Source of the DNA: Opitutales bacterium
GTDB taxonomy: Bacteria > Verrucomicrobiota > Verrucomicrobiia > Opitutales > JABSRG01
DNA length: 64,000 bases
Reading direction: 5' to 3'
NCBI GenBank assembly: GCA_049599475.1
Contig: JBMYOQ010000016.1
Location: 1-64,000 of the forward strand
Of the stretch, positions 52,201-61,075 are shown piece by piece (position 1 is the first letter of the stretch; every line of letters starts with the position of its first letter). Below the pieces are notes generated by a model, which was not told the origin of the DNA, ran no database searches, and saw only the letters and a list, made by a program, of their open reading frames with translations. Position numbers and translations under genes: made by a program.

Positions 52201-52569
52201 CTATTCGTAAGCGTACCTCAGACAACGGATCGCGAGTTCGATTACCAGAGAACAACCGCTTGCCGCATAACCGTGGATACTACTCTGAAACTACCCAGTG
52301 GGTGGTCTGCCCAACCAGTTACCACAGCAGATACTCCAGAAGCCCAAACATTTGGAATAGATATTTCGGTGGACTGGGATCAAGCAGGCTCCGAATTCTC
52401 GGGCACCAGCGTCATCAACGTCGAAAAACCAGTGATCCCCGCAGATCAATTTGAAACTTACAAAAAGTACCTGAATAACCGTCTAGGAGACCTGGGGCCC
52501 AGGATTCATATTATTCCCTATGAGACGACCCAAACCACCACCCCCGAGCCGCCCGGTTTTCGACTGTAA
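49225..52569 (+). CDS. Secreted TPR + DUF3857 + transglutaminase-like protein
   Basis: Signal peptide, TPR-like helices, GYGDCKD / QFDHMI / FLDAT triad. Confidence 0.82.
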   Translation: MGIRFIVIILCLLISFHSASADTEANSSFSEAFKEALKIPESYRVVEPSWGLIVADKDGRIWRSNARVSRTGKFNGEDEALFFSQMRGRNFQLSIQPVFLENTEIPLYTIAEAWYSLHGISLGESDILNMEPLEQPAGEPWLQIDTIVHQENHSDTISTLIARLDSVVIIANAWKSHDEPFVNLPRFTEIFQLHPELSLSNVSGLPRSANSTEQATVINHIGLSLFNQGNLIWAADLFKRAHRLDPFYEDYFRNSVLALQKSGQHAAVETLIKEAPIGMQKSPAIVQMRVSSLIALGESARAAEILKREIDRGVKSESVIIQYMNSLFALEEFAEVRDVGVEALEQGLNSSTIMSNLGWAYLRLEDYENARETFQGMGRLLNANLEASYGWMQLLLEEEKYEECTAFGINIFETKGDLSALSYAIRGLIETGDHDTAEEYITVGLKRNPANPDLLQWDEYVKSLTGEGVSREASTPIEALVINQDLQTQIDTWKSQEPAVSEELLQNIEDKGAMYNEVTTITEWISGDSYTTTTRLVATIKSKSTVDAFKQFVFNFNPFSESIYINKIEVRDETGAILATENRDKFVVRHEDSSAYATEDRILIVPIPSIRKGRTLELVYTRQRRGTEVKFPFTQNFFTGVYPVMESHYILHDKEGALHAKASGIEKHVSLENGALWSVFNAKGLPSEDNLPTPVQIEPVLRISSQEKSWTELASDYKERIDHTLTESSETMDEWIKEHIEKHSNHEDSLASALTAIRENFNYQGYLFGERAQVPNLPSDIINNGYGDCKDLSLLLHKTLEFLEIPSFLTLVNTKGAIATDIPSIDQFDHMIVYSPGLGESGRFLDATEAFATGLTDPTHLQNVEAFVLDWDNPRFEKINHSKPTETPIYSEREVVLETDGAINVTESITMRGRAAENFKRWLSTMTPTERRDAIQRWMNHNKLTLQVDSISTENVESLYTPLFLEITASTSTDSLQPNSSNSLDLPIISEALFVSVPQTTDREFDYQRTTACRITVDTTLKLPSGWSAQPVTTADTPEAQTFGIDISVDWDQAGSEFSGTSVINVEKPVIPADQFETYKKYLNNRLGDLGPRIHIIPYETTQTTTPEPPGFRL

Positions 52570-52691
52570 TACCGATCCTCAACCAGTTTAATAGTTACGA
52601 CAGGGAGAAGTGTCCCGGTTTGGGTTGCTGTATAAAAATAGTAACGACAGGTAAGGAGAATTTTACTCCAAAGCGATTCACTTCACGCATC

Positions 52692-52717
52692 CCGCCGCTC
52701 GGAGAGCTGCGGCTACC
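52692..52717 (-). repeat. Single REP-like element (GTAG family)
   Basis: Reverse complement reads GGTAGCCGCAGCTCTCCGAGCGGCGG, with the same loop as the 34 kb copies. Confidence 0.6.
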
Positions 52718-52772
52718 CTTTCCTTTGGGAAATTTAGTTAGCAGGCCACTTTGCAGACGGCCGCTGCAATTC

Positions 52773-53312
52773 TTAATAGGTAAACGCCGTTACCATCAAT
52801 GCGACTCCGACTCCGAGGCCAAGACCCCCAAGTGCCTTGGCTCGAGAACCCTTGCGGTAAATCCAATCGAGCCAGTCGCGCATTTTGTAGGGACATGCAC
52901 CCAGGTAAACGGCACCCGCGATCCCGATGTATGTAACCGAGACCATGAACAAGCGCTGGGGGTGCTCCCATTGCATATAGGCCGTATTCAGTATTTGGGC
53001 ACCGAATAGCAAAATCAAACCAGCCAAGCCTCGCACAGCCAGAAAGTCTGGCACGAAGGTGAAGCTTAAAACGGCTCCGACCCCGAAGAGGATCATCAAC
53101 TTCGTCTTATGGTTGCCGAAATCTGCGACGCCGAGTTGTGACAAATTGTAGATAAACCAGAGCGTAGCGGCTCCCAGCAGAATTTTTGCAGCGAGTGGAT
53201 TGCGCGGAAAAGCCTTGGTCTGCTCCTGTGTCTTTTCGTTGCCGAAAAAGAAATGCGCACCTGTAGCGAAAACAATGATACCAACGAGAAGATTTGCGAC
53301 GAGCAGAGACAT
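52773..53312 (-). CDS. Hypothetical integral membrane protein
   Basis: 179 aa, about 6 TM helices, 8 bp downstream of miaB. Confidence 0.75.
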   Translation of the reverse strand: MSLLVANLLVGIIVFATGAHFFFGNEKTQEQTKAFPRNPLAAKILLGAATLWFIYNLSQLGVADFGNHKTKLMILFGVGAVLSFTFVPDFLAVRGLAGLILLFGAQILNTAYMQWEHPQRLFMVSVTYIGIAGAVYLGACPYKMRDWLDWIYRKGSRAKALGGLGLGVGVALMVTAFTY

Positions 53313-53320
53313 GAAACGTA

Positions 53321-54715
53321 TTATTTAACCGCGACCGAAGGGATTTCGCTGTAGGGTGACACTCCACTCAATTGAAGCTCACCAAAGAGAGAACTTGTCG
53401 TTGCAGAATTGATACGCACGTCTACGAGCTCACCAACGAGTCGCTCATTACCCTTAAAGATCACTTTGCGGTGCCCACGGGTCCGGCCCATAAACATGTT
53501 CTCACCCTTACGCGCGGGGCCTTCCACCAGGATTTCCTCGGTGCTTCCAATCAAGCTTTGATTGTAGTCGGTGGATTGCTTCTCGAGAATATCCAAAAGA
53601 ATTCTCAAGCGCTCCTCTTTCACTTCAGTCGGAATCTGGTCTTCCATATCCGCGGCCTGAGTGCCACTGCGGATCGAGTATTTAAAGAGGAAGGCCATCG
53701 GGAAGGCGATTTCCTTGAAGAGCGATACGGTATCTTGAAATTCTTCATCAGTCTCCCCCGGGAAGCCAACAATGACATCGGTGGAGAATACCATTTTCGG
53801 AGCAGCGACGCGCAGGTCATCAATAATGCGTCTAAATCGCTCGCGCGTATAGGTGCGCTTCATCGCCTTGAGCACGCGATTGTTTCCACTTTGCATGGGA
53901 AAATGGATGTATTCGCAGAGCTTCGGCAAATCTCGATAAGCTTCGACCAAATCCTTGCGGAAACCAACGGGGTGCGGAGACGTGAAGCGAATACGCTCGA
54001 TACCATCTACCTCATGCACCTGCTCAATGAGGCGGACAAACGGTGATTTGCCGTTTTCGCGGCGCATGGAATCGCGACCGTAAAGATTCACAATCTGGCC
54101 GAGTAGGGTCACTTCCTTCGTGCCGTTATCAGCCAAGCGCTTCACTTCATCGACAATATCGTTGATCGGTCGACCCCGTTCACGCCCACGCGTTTTCGGG
54201 ACGATGCAATAGGCGCAGTTCATATTACAACCCTGCATGATAGAGACGAAAGCGCTGATCTTGCGCTCATCTTCCAAATGCTGGCGGATTGTGTTCTGCG
54301 AGCCCGCTTCTTCCTCGAGATCCACAACGCTGCGCGGTTTTGGCCCGAGGCCTTGGCGAGAACGTATGATATTGTCGAGGTGATCGGGGACTTGGTGAAA
54401 TTTCTGAGTGCCGACGACGAGATCCAGGTCGGGAAGACGTTCAAGCAGTTCCGAGCCACGATTCTGAGCCATACAGCCGATGATCCCGAGAATGTAATCT
54501 GGGTTCTTGCGCTTGTTGCGCGTGAGGTAACCGGCTTTACCAATGGCCTTTTGCTCAGCCTGATCGCGGACCGAACATGTGTTGAGCAACACCACATCCG
54601 CCTGATCTTCAGAAGTTACGATCGAGTAGCCGCGGTCCCGAAGCATTGCTGAAACAGCTTCGGAGTCGCGTTCATTCATCTGGCACCCGTAGGTCTTGAT
54701 GTATACCCGATTCAT
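53321..54715 (-). CDS. miaB: tRNA-2-methylthio-N6-dimethylallyladenosine synthase
   Basis: TYGCQMN, NTCSVR, GCMAQ, radical SAM CNMNCAYC, TDVIVGFPGET, TRAM domain. Confidence 0.97.
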   Translation of the reverse strand: MNRVYIKTYGCQMNERDSEAVSAMLRDRGYSIVTSEDQADVVLLNTCSVRDQAEQKAIGKAGYLTRNKRKNPDYILGIIGCMAQNRGSELLERLPDLDLVVGTQKFHQVPDHLDNIIRSRQGLGPKPRSVVDLEEEAGSQNTIRQHLEDERKISAFVSIMQGCNMNCAYCIVPKTRGRERGRPINDIVDEVKRLADNGTKEVTLLGQIVNLYGRDSMRRENGKSPFVRLIEQVHEVDGIERIRFTSPHPVGFRKDLVEAYRDLPKLCEYIHFPMQSGNNRVLKAMKRTYTRERFRRIIDDLRVAAPKMVFSTDVIVGFPGETDEEFQDTVSLFKEIAFPMAFLFKYSIRSGTQAADMEDQIPTEVKEERLRILLDILEKQSTDYNQSLIGSTEEILVEGPARKGENMFMGRTRGHRKVIFKGNERLVGELVDVRINSATTSSLFGELQLSGVSPYSEIPSVAVK

Positions 54716-54771
54716 AGTCGAAAGGGAGAAAATGCCTCATTTCCCCAAATGGTCAATGAAAAGGGGGCGAG

Positions 54772-54862
54772 CAAATCTCAAACTCCAAATCTCAAATCCC
54801 AACACATTCTACTCGGGCTTCCCTTCCCCATTTTGGGATCTGGGATTTGAGTTTTGGGATTT
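54772..54862. repeat. Inverted pair of tandem heptamer arrays (CAAATCY)n ... (RGATTTG)n
   Basis: CAAATCT-CAAACTC-CAAATCT-CAAATCC-CAA (54772-54802) vs TTGGGATCTGGGATTTGAGTTTTGGGATTT (54833-54862). Confidence 0.75.
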
Positions 54863-54865
54863 CAA

Positions 54866-57427
54866 TCAGCCCTTCACCACGCAGAAATCGAGCATGTGAT
54901 CGCGCTGGAGATACTTTTGGGCGTAATCCACGAGATCGGATGGACTCAGTTTTTGCAGGCGCTCATCGAAGCGAAAGGTATGCTCTAGAGGCTGCCCATA
55001 CAGGAGAGAAATACCGACTTGGAGGCTGCGCATTTCTGGACGCTGCATACTCATCTGATGCTGAGCTCTGAGCTGGGTGACCGCTCGGGCGACCTCTTCG
55101 TCCGAGATTTTGCCGTCTTGAATCCGCGCTATTTCGGCGTCGTATTCTGCGTACACGGCCTCGGCTTGGTCCGGATGGGTGCCTGCATAGAATTGAAAGG
55201 CCCCATACTCTGCCGAAGGCAAACGTGTGCTTCCGACAAAATACGCCATTCCTTTTTCCTCGCGCACACGCTGAAATAGAGGGCTCGACATCCCGCTGAG
55301 GAGTCCATTCAGCGCAATGCCTGCATCATTATCCTCAGATAAAAACCCTGCATCATGAAACATTCGAAGCACCACAGCTTGCTGACGATCCAGGTGATAA
55401 TCGATGCGAGCATCCCCAGCGTATAGACTCGGTTGACTCGAGCTACTCAACGAAGTCCCTGGCACCAGCCCCGAAAATGCCGAGGCAAACTTGGCATGAT
55501 CTTCATCTGGGTTTACATCGCCCGCGACTAAGAGCACGCAGTTAGCCGCGTTCAGGAAATTGGCTTGGTATTCGACGAGAGTTGCGCGATCCAGCGAGGC
55601 TAAATCGTCTACCGTGCCTAATGGCGAACGCCCGAAAGGATGTTCCCCGTAGAACGTCCGCCGCGCCGCATTTCGGCCATGCGATACCACGTCATCTAAA
55701 GTCTCCTTCACCCGAGCGATCTGCGCAGTGCGCTCGCGCTCGAAGGTCTCCTCACGGAAGGCTGGTGCCACAACAGCCTGAGAAAATATATCGAGTGAGA
55801 GGTCCAAATCGCTCGATAAGGATTCGAGCGAGAGTCCAAACGTGTTATTCCCCGTCTGCCCTGAGAAGGAGGCCCCAATGCTATCGATCGTCTTTGCCAC
55901 CTCCGCTGCCGTGCGGCTTTCAGTATCCTTTGTGAGCAGCGTGGCCAAAAGCTGATTGAGCCCAGACGCGCCCACGGGATCCCATATTGGCCCTCCGCGC
56001 CCGAGTAAACGGACCGAAATTGATGGCAAACGGGAATCGGGGAGATAGAGGATGCGCAGCCCATTATCCAAGGTTTCGACCCGGTATTCGGGCACTTTGG
56101 TTTTCGAGACTTTTGCGCTTTCAACGGATGCCGTTTCAACCGCCGCTGCGGCTTTTGGTTCAAGCGTCACAAAGGTTTCACCCTCATTCAAAAGATACTG
56201 CGAGCCCAAGGCTTGGAGCGATTCTGGTGTGACCGCTAAAAGCTGTTCTACGAAGCGCTTCGGGTATTGAAGATCACCCACAACGACCTCTGCAGAGCCC
56301 AGGCGTGAGGCCTGACTGCTCACTGTTTTCAAACTGTTTAATCGAGAATTCAGCATCTGGCGCTTGGCCCGCTCTACCTCTTCTACAGAAATCTGTGTCT
56401 CAAAAAAGCGGCGATATTCATCCCGCACCGCATCCGCGGCCGCATGCACGTTGTGCGGATCAGCCTCCCATGAAATCCAGAAAAGCCCCGAAGTGCCCGG
56501 ATTCCAACAAGAGGCATCGATATCGTGCACCAGCTGAAGCTCCTCACGGATTTTTTTATAGAACACCGAGCTTTCCCCGGCTCCCAAAATAGCTGCTAGG
56601 ACATCCAGGCTAGTGGAATCTGGATGGCTGATAGAGGGCACGCGGTACGCCAATCCCCCTTGAGCGATCTCGATATCAGCGAACTCGCGATGACTCCGAG
56701 CGCTGAATTGATGTTTCTCTTCTTCTAAAAATATATCCTGCGTAAAAGTCCGTTCAAAGCCACCCAAGGTATCTTCAACCGTTTGCCAAAACTCTCCCGG
56801 AGGCACCGCGCCCACCACCACGAGCACCGTGTTATTCGGCGCATAGCGAGACTGATAATACTCCATCAGCGCATCCCGCTCGACGCGTTGAAATAAATTG
56901 CGGTGACCGATGACTGGATAGCGATAGGGATGCGACTGATACGCCGTCTTGAAGATCGCTTGAGAGAATCGGCTATGTGGATCATCCAGCCCCATGTCGA
57001 TTTCCCGCAGGATCACGTCTTTCTCCCGAGTCACTTCATCGGCTGGCAGCGTAGAGCGGAAAACGATATCGGAGAGTAAGTCGAGCTGCTGAGCAAAGGT
57101 GTCCGCCAAACTATCGATGTAATAGACAGTGCGATCGAAGGTCGTGTAGGCATTGATATAGCCGCCGTTATCATCGACTTCACGGGAGATATCGAGCGCG
57201 CCCCGAGTCGGTGTACCTTTGAACAACAAGTGCTCAAGATAATGGGAAAGCCCGGCTCCGAGCCATGCGCCCTCATGAATACTTCCGGTCTTCACCCACA
57301 GCTGCAGCGATACCACAGGCGCAGCATTGTCCTCGCAGTATACGACCGTGAGTCCGTTATCCAATACCCGCCGCTCCACTTGCTGACGGTTCAATGTCTC
57401 TAAAATTCGATCAGATGCTCCACTCAT
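54866..57427 (-). CDS. M16-family (pitrilysin-like) zinc protease
   Basis: LDNGLTV, GLSHYLEHLLFKGT (HxxEH), NAYTTFDRT; the second half lacks HxxEH; start placed at MSGASD. Confidence 0.93.
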   Translation of the reverse strand: MSGASDRILETLNRQQVERRVLDNGLTVVYCEDNAAPVVSLQLWVKTGSIHEGAWLGAGLSHYLEHLLFKGTPTRGALDISREVDDNGGYINAYTTFDRTVYYIDSLADTFAQQLDLLSDIVFRSTLPADEVTREKDVILREIDMGLDDPHSRFSQAIFKTAYQSHPYRYPVIGHRNLFQRVERDALMEYYQSRYAPNNTVLVVVGAVPPGEFWQTVEDTLGGFERTFTQDIFLEEEKHQFSARSHREFADIEIAQGGLAYRVPSISHPDSTSLDVLAAILGAGESSVFYKKIREELQLVHDIDASCWNPGTSGLFWISWEADPHNVHAAADAVRDEYRRFFETQISVEEVERAKRQMLNSRLNSLKTVSSQASRLGSAEVVVGDLQYPKRFVEQLLAVTPESLQALGSQYLLNEGETFVTLEPKAAAAVETASVESAKVSKTKVPEYRVETLDNGLRILYLPDSRLPSISVRLLGRGGPIWDPVGASGLNQLLATLLTKDTESRTAAEVAKTIDSIGASFSGQTGNNTFGLSLESLSSDLDLSLDIFSQAVVAPAFREETFERERTAQIARVKETLDDVVSHGRNAARRTFYGEHPFGRSPLGTVDDLASLDRATLVEYQANFLNAANCVLLVAGDVNPDEDHAKFASAFSGLVPGTSLSSSSQPSLYAGDARIDYHLDRQQAVVLRMFHDAGFLSEDNDAGIALNGLLSGMSSPLFQRVREEKGMAYFVGSTRLPSAEYGAFQFYAGTHPDQAEAVYAEYDAEIARIQDGKISDEEVARAVTQLRAQHQMSMQRPEMRSLQVGISLLYGQPLEHTFRFDERLQKLSPSDLVDYAQKYLQRDHMLDFCVVKG

Positions 57428-57530
57428 AACGCGCAAAGACTCAGACTTACCACCCACCCACAAAACACAACCTAAACCCAATATTTCACCCTTGTGATCG
57501 AAGCAGTAAACGTAAGTTTGTTCAGAAGAC

Positions 57531-57971
57531 TTATACGCAGATTATGCAGATGGACGCAGATTCAAGCAACAGAGACCCGCAAACCTATTCTATTATCGGA
57601 GCCGCAATGACGGTTCACTCCGAGCTAGGATGCGGCTTTTTGGAGGCTGTCTACCAAAACGCGCTCGCGGTCGAATTCAGAAAACGCGGAATCCCTTTCT
57701 CAAAGGAAGTCAAGATACCCGTCTATTACCAAGGAGAAGACGTTGAAGAATATAAAGCTGACTTTATCTGCTTCAATTCGGTAATCCTTGAGCTAAAGGC
57801 ATTAAAAAAACTTTCTGGCGTCGATGAAGCGCAACTAATGAATTACTTGAAAGCGACCCAGATTCAGCGTGGCCTGCTATTAAATTTCGGATCGACTAGC
57901 CTTGACCACAAACGAGTCATTTTCAGCCACCAAAACAAAAATCTGCGTCCATCTGCATAATCTGCGGATAA
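57531..57971. mobile_element. Inverted-repeat-bounded GxxExxY gene cassette (putative mobile element)
   Basis: 32-bp terminal inverted repeats, 31/32 identical (57531-57562 and 57940-57971). Confidence 0.55.
57544..57960 (+). CDS. GxxExxY protein (PD-(D/E)XK nuclease-like)
   Basis: IIGAAMTVHSELGCGFLEAVYQ, KADFI...VILELKA, QLMNYLK...GLLLNFG. Confidence 0.93.
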   Translation: MQMDADSSNRDPQTYSIIGAAMTVHSELGCGFLEAVYQNALAVEFRKRGIPFSKEVKIPVYYQGEDVEEYKADFICFNSVILELKALKKLSGVDEAQLMNYLKATQIQRGLLLNFGSTSLDHKRVIFSHQNKNLRPSA

Positions 57972-57987
57972 ATACAGAAGCAGCCCC

Positions 57988-59097
57988 ATGAAACGTCTTT
58001 TTCTTATTATCATTCCTGTCCTGATCGCCGTTTTGATTGTTGTGGGGATTCGTACTCGGATACCTTCTGTGGAGGTCGCTTCCGTGGTGAAGGGTCCGGC
58101 CCTTGATGCGGTATCGGGGAATGTCGAGATTCTCCCGGTGCTCGAGACGGTTGTGAAGGCTGAGCGCGGTGGAGTGATCCAATCTGTGGTTACGCTGCCG
58201 ACCGACTCGGTGGTCTCTGTCACCGTCGGCGAAACACTCGCCTCGCTTGACCCGGAACAAATCGAGTCTGAAATCGCCCTAGCGCGCCTACAAGTGGAAG
58301 CTGCAGAAGCGCGCCTAGAGGCCCCGACGGAATACGATCTCCAACGCACCCGCCTGGAAGAAGAGCTGGATTCGCTCACCAATTTACGCACCGCAGGCAG
58401 TGTATCGGAAAACGAAGTGGCACGCACCCGATCGGAAATCGAACGTCTTACCGTATTGGGCCAAGCCGAGCTGGACCGCCGAAAACAAGAGGTCGTATTG
58501 CTAAAAAACCAACTCGAAAAACGCGCGCTGTGGAAACGCCAACACACCATCGTTGCCTCTACACCCGGCAAGCTTAACGAGGTCTATGTCTTCCCCGGCG
58601 ACATCGTCTACACGGGATCGCAAATAGCGAAAATTCACTCACACGAGCTGCTCATCAAAGTGGCTGTCCGCGAAGAAGATTTTATCGGAATCTCGATTGA
58701 TAACGGGGTCCGCGTGCGCTTTCTGGCACACGGCAACCAAGAATTTTCTGGAAAAGTCTCCGGACTTTCGCCCACCGCCGATGCGGACTCCCGACAACGC
58801 GATGTATTTGTAACTCTCGACAACCCGCCCGAAGGGCTCGTATCCGGCATGACAGGACAAGCCGTGATCATCAAAGCGGAACACCAGGACGTGCTTACGA
58901 TTCCACGGCGCGCGCTCGTCGGCAATTATGTTTACCGCGTGAATGGAAACCAAGTACAGGTCCAAGAAGTGAAGACCGGATTCGTCGGACTTGAGGTAGC
59001 CGAGATCGTCTCAGGGCTCAGTGAGGGGGACCGAGTGATCATCGACCGACCTCATCTTTATCGCGAGGGAGAAAAGGTAACGCCCTTCAGCAAATAG
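57988..59097 (+). CDS. Efflux periplasmic adaptor (membrane fusion protein)
   Basis: N-terminal TM, lipoyl-like halves flanking a coiled coil, 'GLVSGMTG', 'IPRRAL', 'GLSEGDRV'. Confidence 0.88.
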   Translation: MKRLFLIIIPVLIAVLIVVGIRTRIPSVEVASVVKGPALDAVSGNVEILPVLETVVKAERGGVIQSVVTLPTDSVVSVTVGETLASLDPEQIESEIALARLQVEAAEARLEAPTEYDLQRTRLEEELDSLTNLRTAGSVSENEVARTRSEIERLTVLGQAELDRRKQEVVLLKNQLEKRALWKRQHTIVASTPGKLNEVYVFPGDIVYTGSQIAKIHSHELLIKVAVREEDFIGISIDNGVRVRFLAHGNQEFSGKVSGLSPTADADSRQRDVFVTLDNPPEGLVSGMTGQAVIIKAEHQDVLTIPRRALVGNYVYRVNGNQVQVQEVKTGFVGLEVAEIVSGLSEGDRVIIDRPHLYREGEKVTPFSK

Positions 59098-59105
59098 CCT
59101 CCTGG

Positions 59106-60347
59106 ATGAATATCTGTCTACAGATAGCATGGCGATTCATCAGTGCTCGCAAGCGCGCGATGGGTATGAGCCTCTTGGGAATTACCTGTGGTGTCGCATT
59201 TTTCATTTTAACCCAAGCGCAGACCGCAGGATTTCAGGGGTTCTTCGTTGAGACGATTCTTGGAACCAATGGAGCTATCCGCATAACGGATCGCTATCAA
59301 GATGCTTTCAAGCCAATGACCCTAGAGACCGCCAACGACGGCGAGAGTACCGTGCGGGTCATGAACGCACGCCCACACGAGGAAGGCGTGGCCTTCCCAT
59401 CTGATATCCGAAATGCTGTCATGGAATTCACCCCAGTGATCGGTGTATCGGAAATCATAGAGCGCAGGGTAGATGCTCGCAGCGGATTCAGGCGACAGGA
59501 TGCCCGGGTCTTTGGAATCCGTGTCGAAGATCACTTACGGGTTTCGATGCTCGAGGACCAAATTGTCATAGGCTCCTTAGAGGCTTTTGCGGCAGATCCG
59601 TTGAGCGTTATGATTGGCAGCAAATTGGCAGGCAGGCTCGAAGTTCAACTCGGCGACTCTATCACTTTGCAACCCATCGGAGATAGCCGTTCTTACACGG
59701 TTTCAGCGATCTTTGAAACCGGAGTCGAAGTCATCGATAAGCAGCGCGTTTACACACATATTTCTGAGGCACGCTCCCTCCTCGAACTCCCGTTTGGTGG
59801 ATCATTTTTGCAGATCGCTATCGACAAGCCTGAGAATGCTCGAGAAATCGCAGACCAGCTCCGCTACACCTTAAACCACGTCGCCATCTCATGGCAGGAG
59901 CGGGAGCAAGCATGGTTAGGTGTTTTCGGAGCCCTACGCTATTCCGCCGCGATCAGCATGTCTGTGATCATCCTGCTCGCCGGTATCGGGATATACAGCG
60001 CGCTCTCTATGCAGGTGGTTGAAAAGGAGAGAGAAATTGCCATTCTCCGGGCAACTGGATTTACCCGCGGAGACATTTCACGCATCTTCATTTCCCAGGG
60101 AGGCATCATCGCCGGTTTTGGCATCATTACAGGATCCCTGATCGGGGCCCTTGCGACTTGGGGAGTCACCCAAATCCCACTACGTGTCCGAGGTATTTTT
60201 GCCACAGACCATTACATCGTAAGTTGGGATTGGACCCACTATGCACTCGCTGCGGCTATCGCGCTCTTCGTGAGTCTAGCCGGCACCTGGTTGCCTGCAA
60301 AACGCGCCGCCAATATCGAACCCGCCGTCGTCATCCGTGGAAACTAG
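59106..60347 (+). CDS. ABC transporter permease (LolC/E-MacB/FtsX family)
   Basis: IAWRF...SLLGITCGVA, EKEREIAILRATG, PAKRAANIEP. Confidence 0.9.
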   Translation: MNICLQIAWRFISARKRAMGMSLLGITCGVAFFILTQAQTAGFQGFFVETILGTNGAIRITDRYQDAFKPMTLETANDGESTVRVMNARPHEEGVAFPSDIRNAVMEFTPVIGVSEIIERRVDARSGFRRQDARVFGIRVEDHLRVSMLEDQIVIGSLEAFAADPLSVMIGSKLAGRLEVQLGDSITLQPIGDSRSYTVSAIFETGVEVIDKQRVYTHISEARSLLELPFGGSFLQIAIDKPENAREIADQLRYTLNHVAISWQEREQAWLGVFGALRYSAAISMSVIILLAGIGIYSALSMQVVEKEREIAILRATGFTRGDISRIFISQGGIIAGFGIITGSLIGALATWGVTQIPLRVRGIFATDHYIVSWDWTHYALAAAIALFVSLAGTWLPAKRAANIEPAVVIRGN

Positions 60348-61029
60348 AGATTCAGATTTGCCCCTCGAAGCGCTCACGGTGCATTGTCACCTGGGAAACG
60401 ATGCTGCGCGCGTACACGCCGTAAAGGGTGTGAACCTACAGTTGAAAAACAAGGAAATGGCAGCTGTTACGGGCCCTTCTGGATGTGGAAAAAGTTCCCT
60501 ACTCTACGCCCTGGGCCTCCTCGATCATATCGACTCTGGAGAAATCAGGATTAACGGCCAAGACACATCCAAGCTGTCCAACGAAGCGCGCACTCAGCTA
60601 CGGATGCTTTCTATCGGATTCGTATTTCAGTTCCACTACCTTATCGGAGAGTTTTCTGCCTTTGAAAATGTCGTCCTCCCAATGAAGAAAGCAGGCATTT
60701 TGAAAAGCAAAGAACAGGAAGAGCGCGCAGGATATCTCCTGGAAAAAGTAGGGCTCGCCGACAAACGCTCACGACCTGGAAACCAACTTTCTGGGGGTGA
60801 ACGACAACGCGTCGCCATCGCTCGCGCCCTGGCGAATTCGCCGAAAGTTATTCTAGCTGACGAACCCACAGGAAACCTTGATCAAGAGAATTCCAACAGA
60901 ATTTTTTCTCTTCTGAGAGAGATTACCGAAACGACCGAATCCTCCGTACTTTTGGTAACACACAATAGCAGCCTCGCGAACCAAGCTGATCGAATCCTCA
61001 CCATGCAGGACGGGGTATTAAGGTCATAA
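60337..61029 (+). CDS. ABC transporter ATP-binding protein (LolD-like)
   Basis: [39 protein letters not shown]. Confidence 0.93.
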   Translation: METRDSDLPLEALTVHCHLGNDAARVHAVKGVNLQLKNKEMAAVTGPSGCGKSSLLYALGLLDHIDSGEIRINGQDTSKLSNEARTQLRMLSIGFVFQFHYLIGEFSAFENVVLPMKKAGILKSKEQEERAGYLLEKVGLADKRSRPGNQLSGGERQRVAIARALANSPKVILADEPTGNLDQENSNRIFSLLREITETTESSVLLVTHNSSLANQADRILTMQDGVLRS

Positions 61030-61075
61030 GTTCTCCGTTCATCGAGATCCCTCGAACACAAATTCACATTTACGA

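Noticed and set aside
52595..52651. Direct repeat GT(T/A)ACGACAGG twice in an intergenic region
   Set aside because: Only two short copies between convergent genes; insufficient for a CRISPR or operator call
57864..58571. 235-aa - strand ORF containing SADYADGRR
   Set aside because: Antisense shadow of the efflux adaptor; the motif is simply the translated inverted repeat
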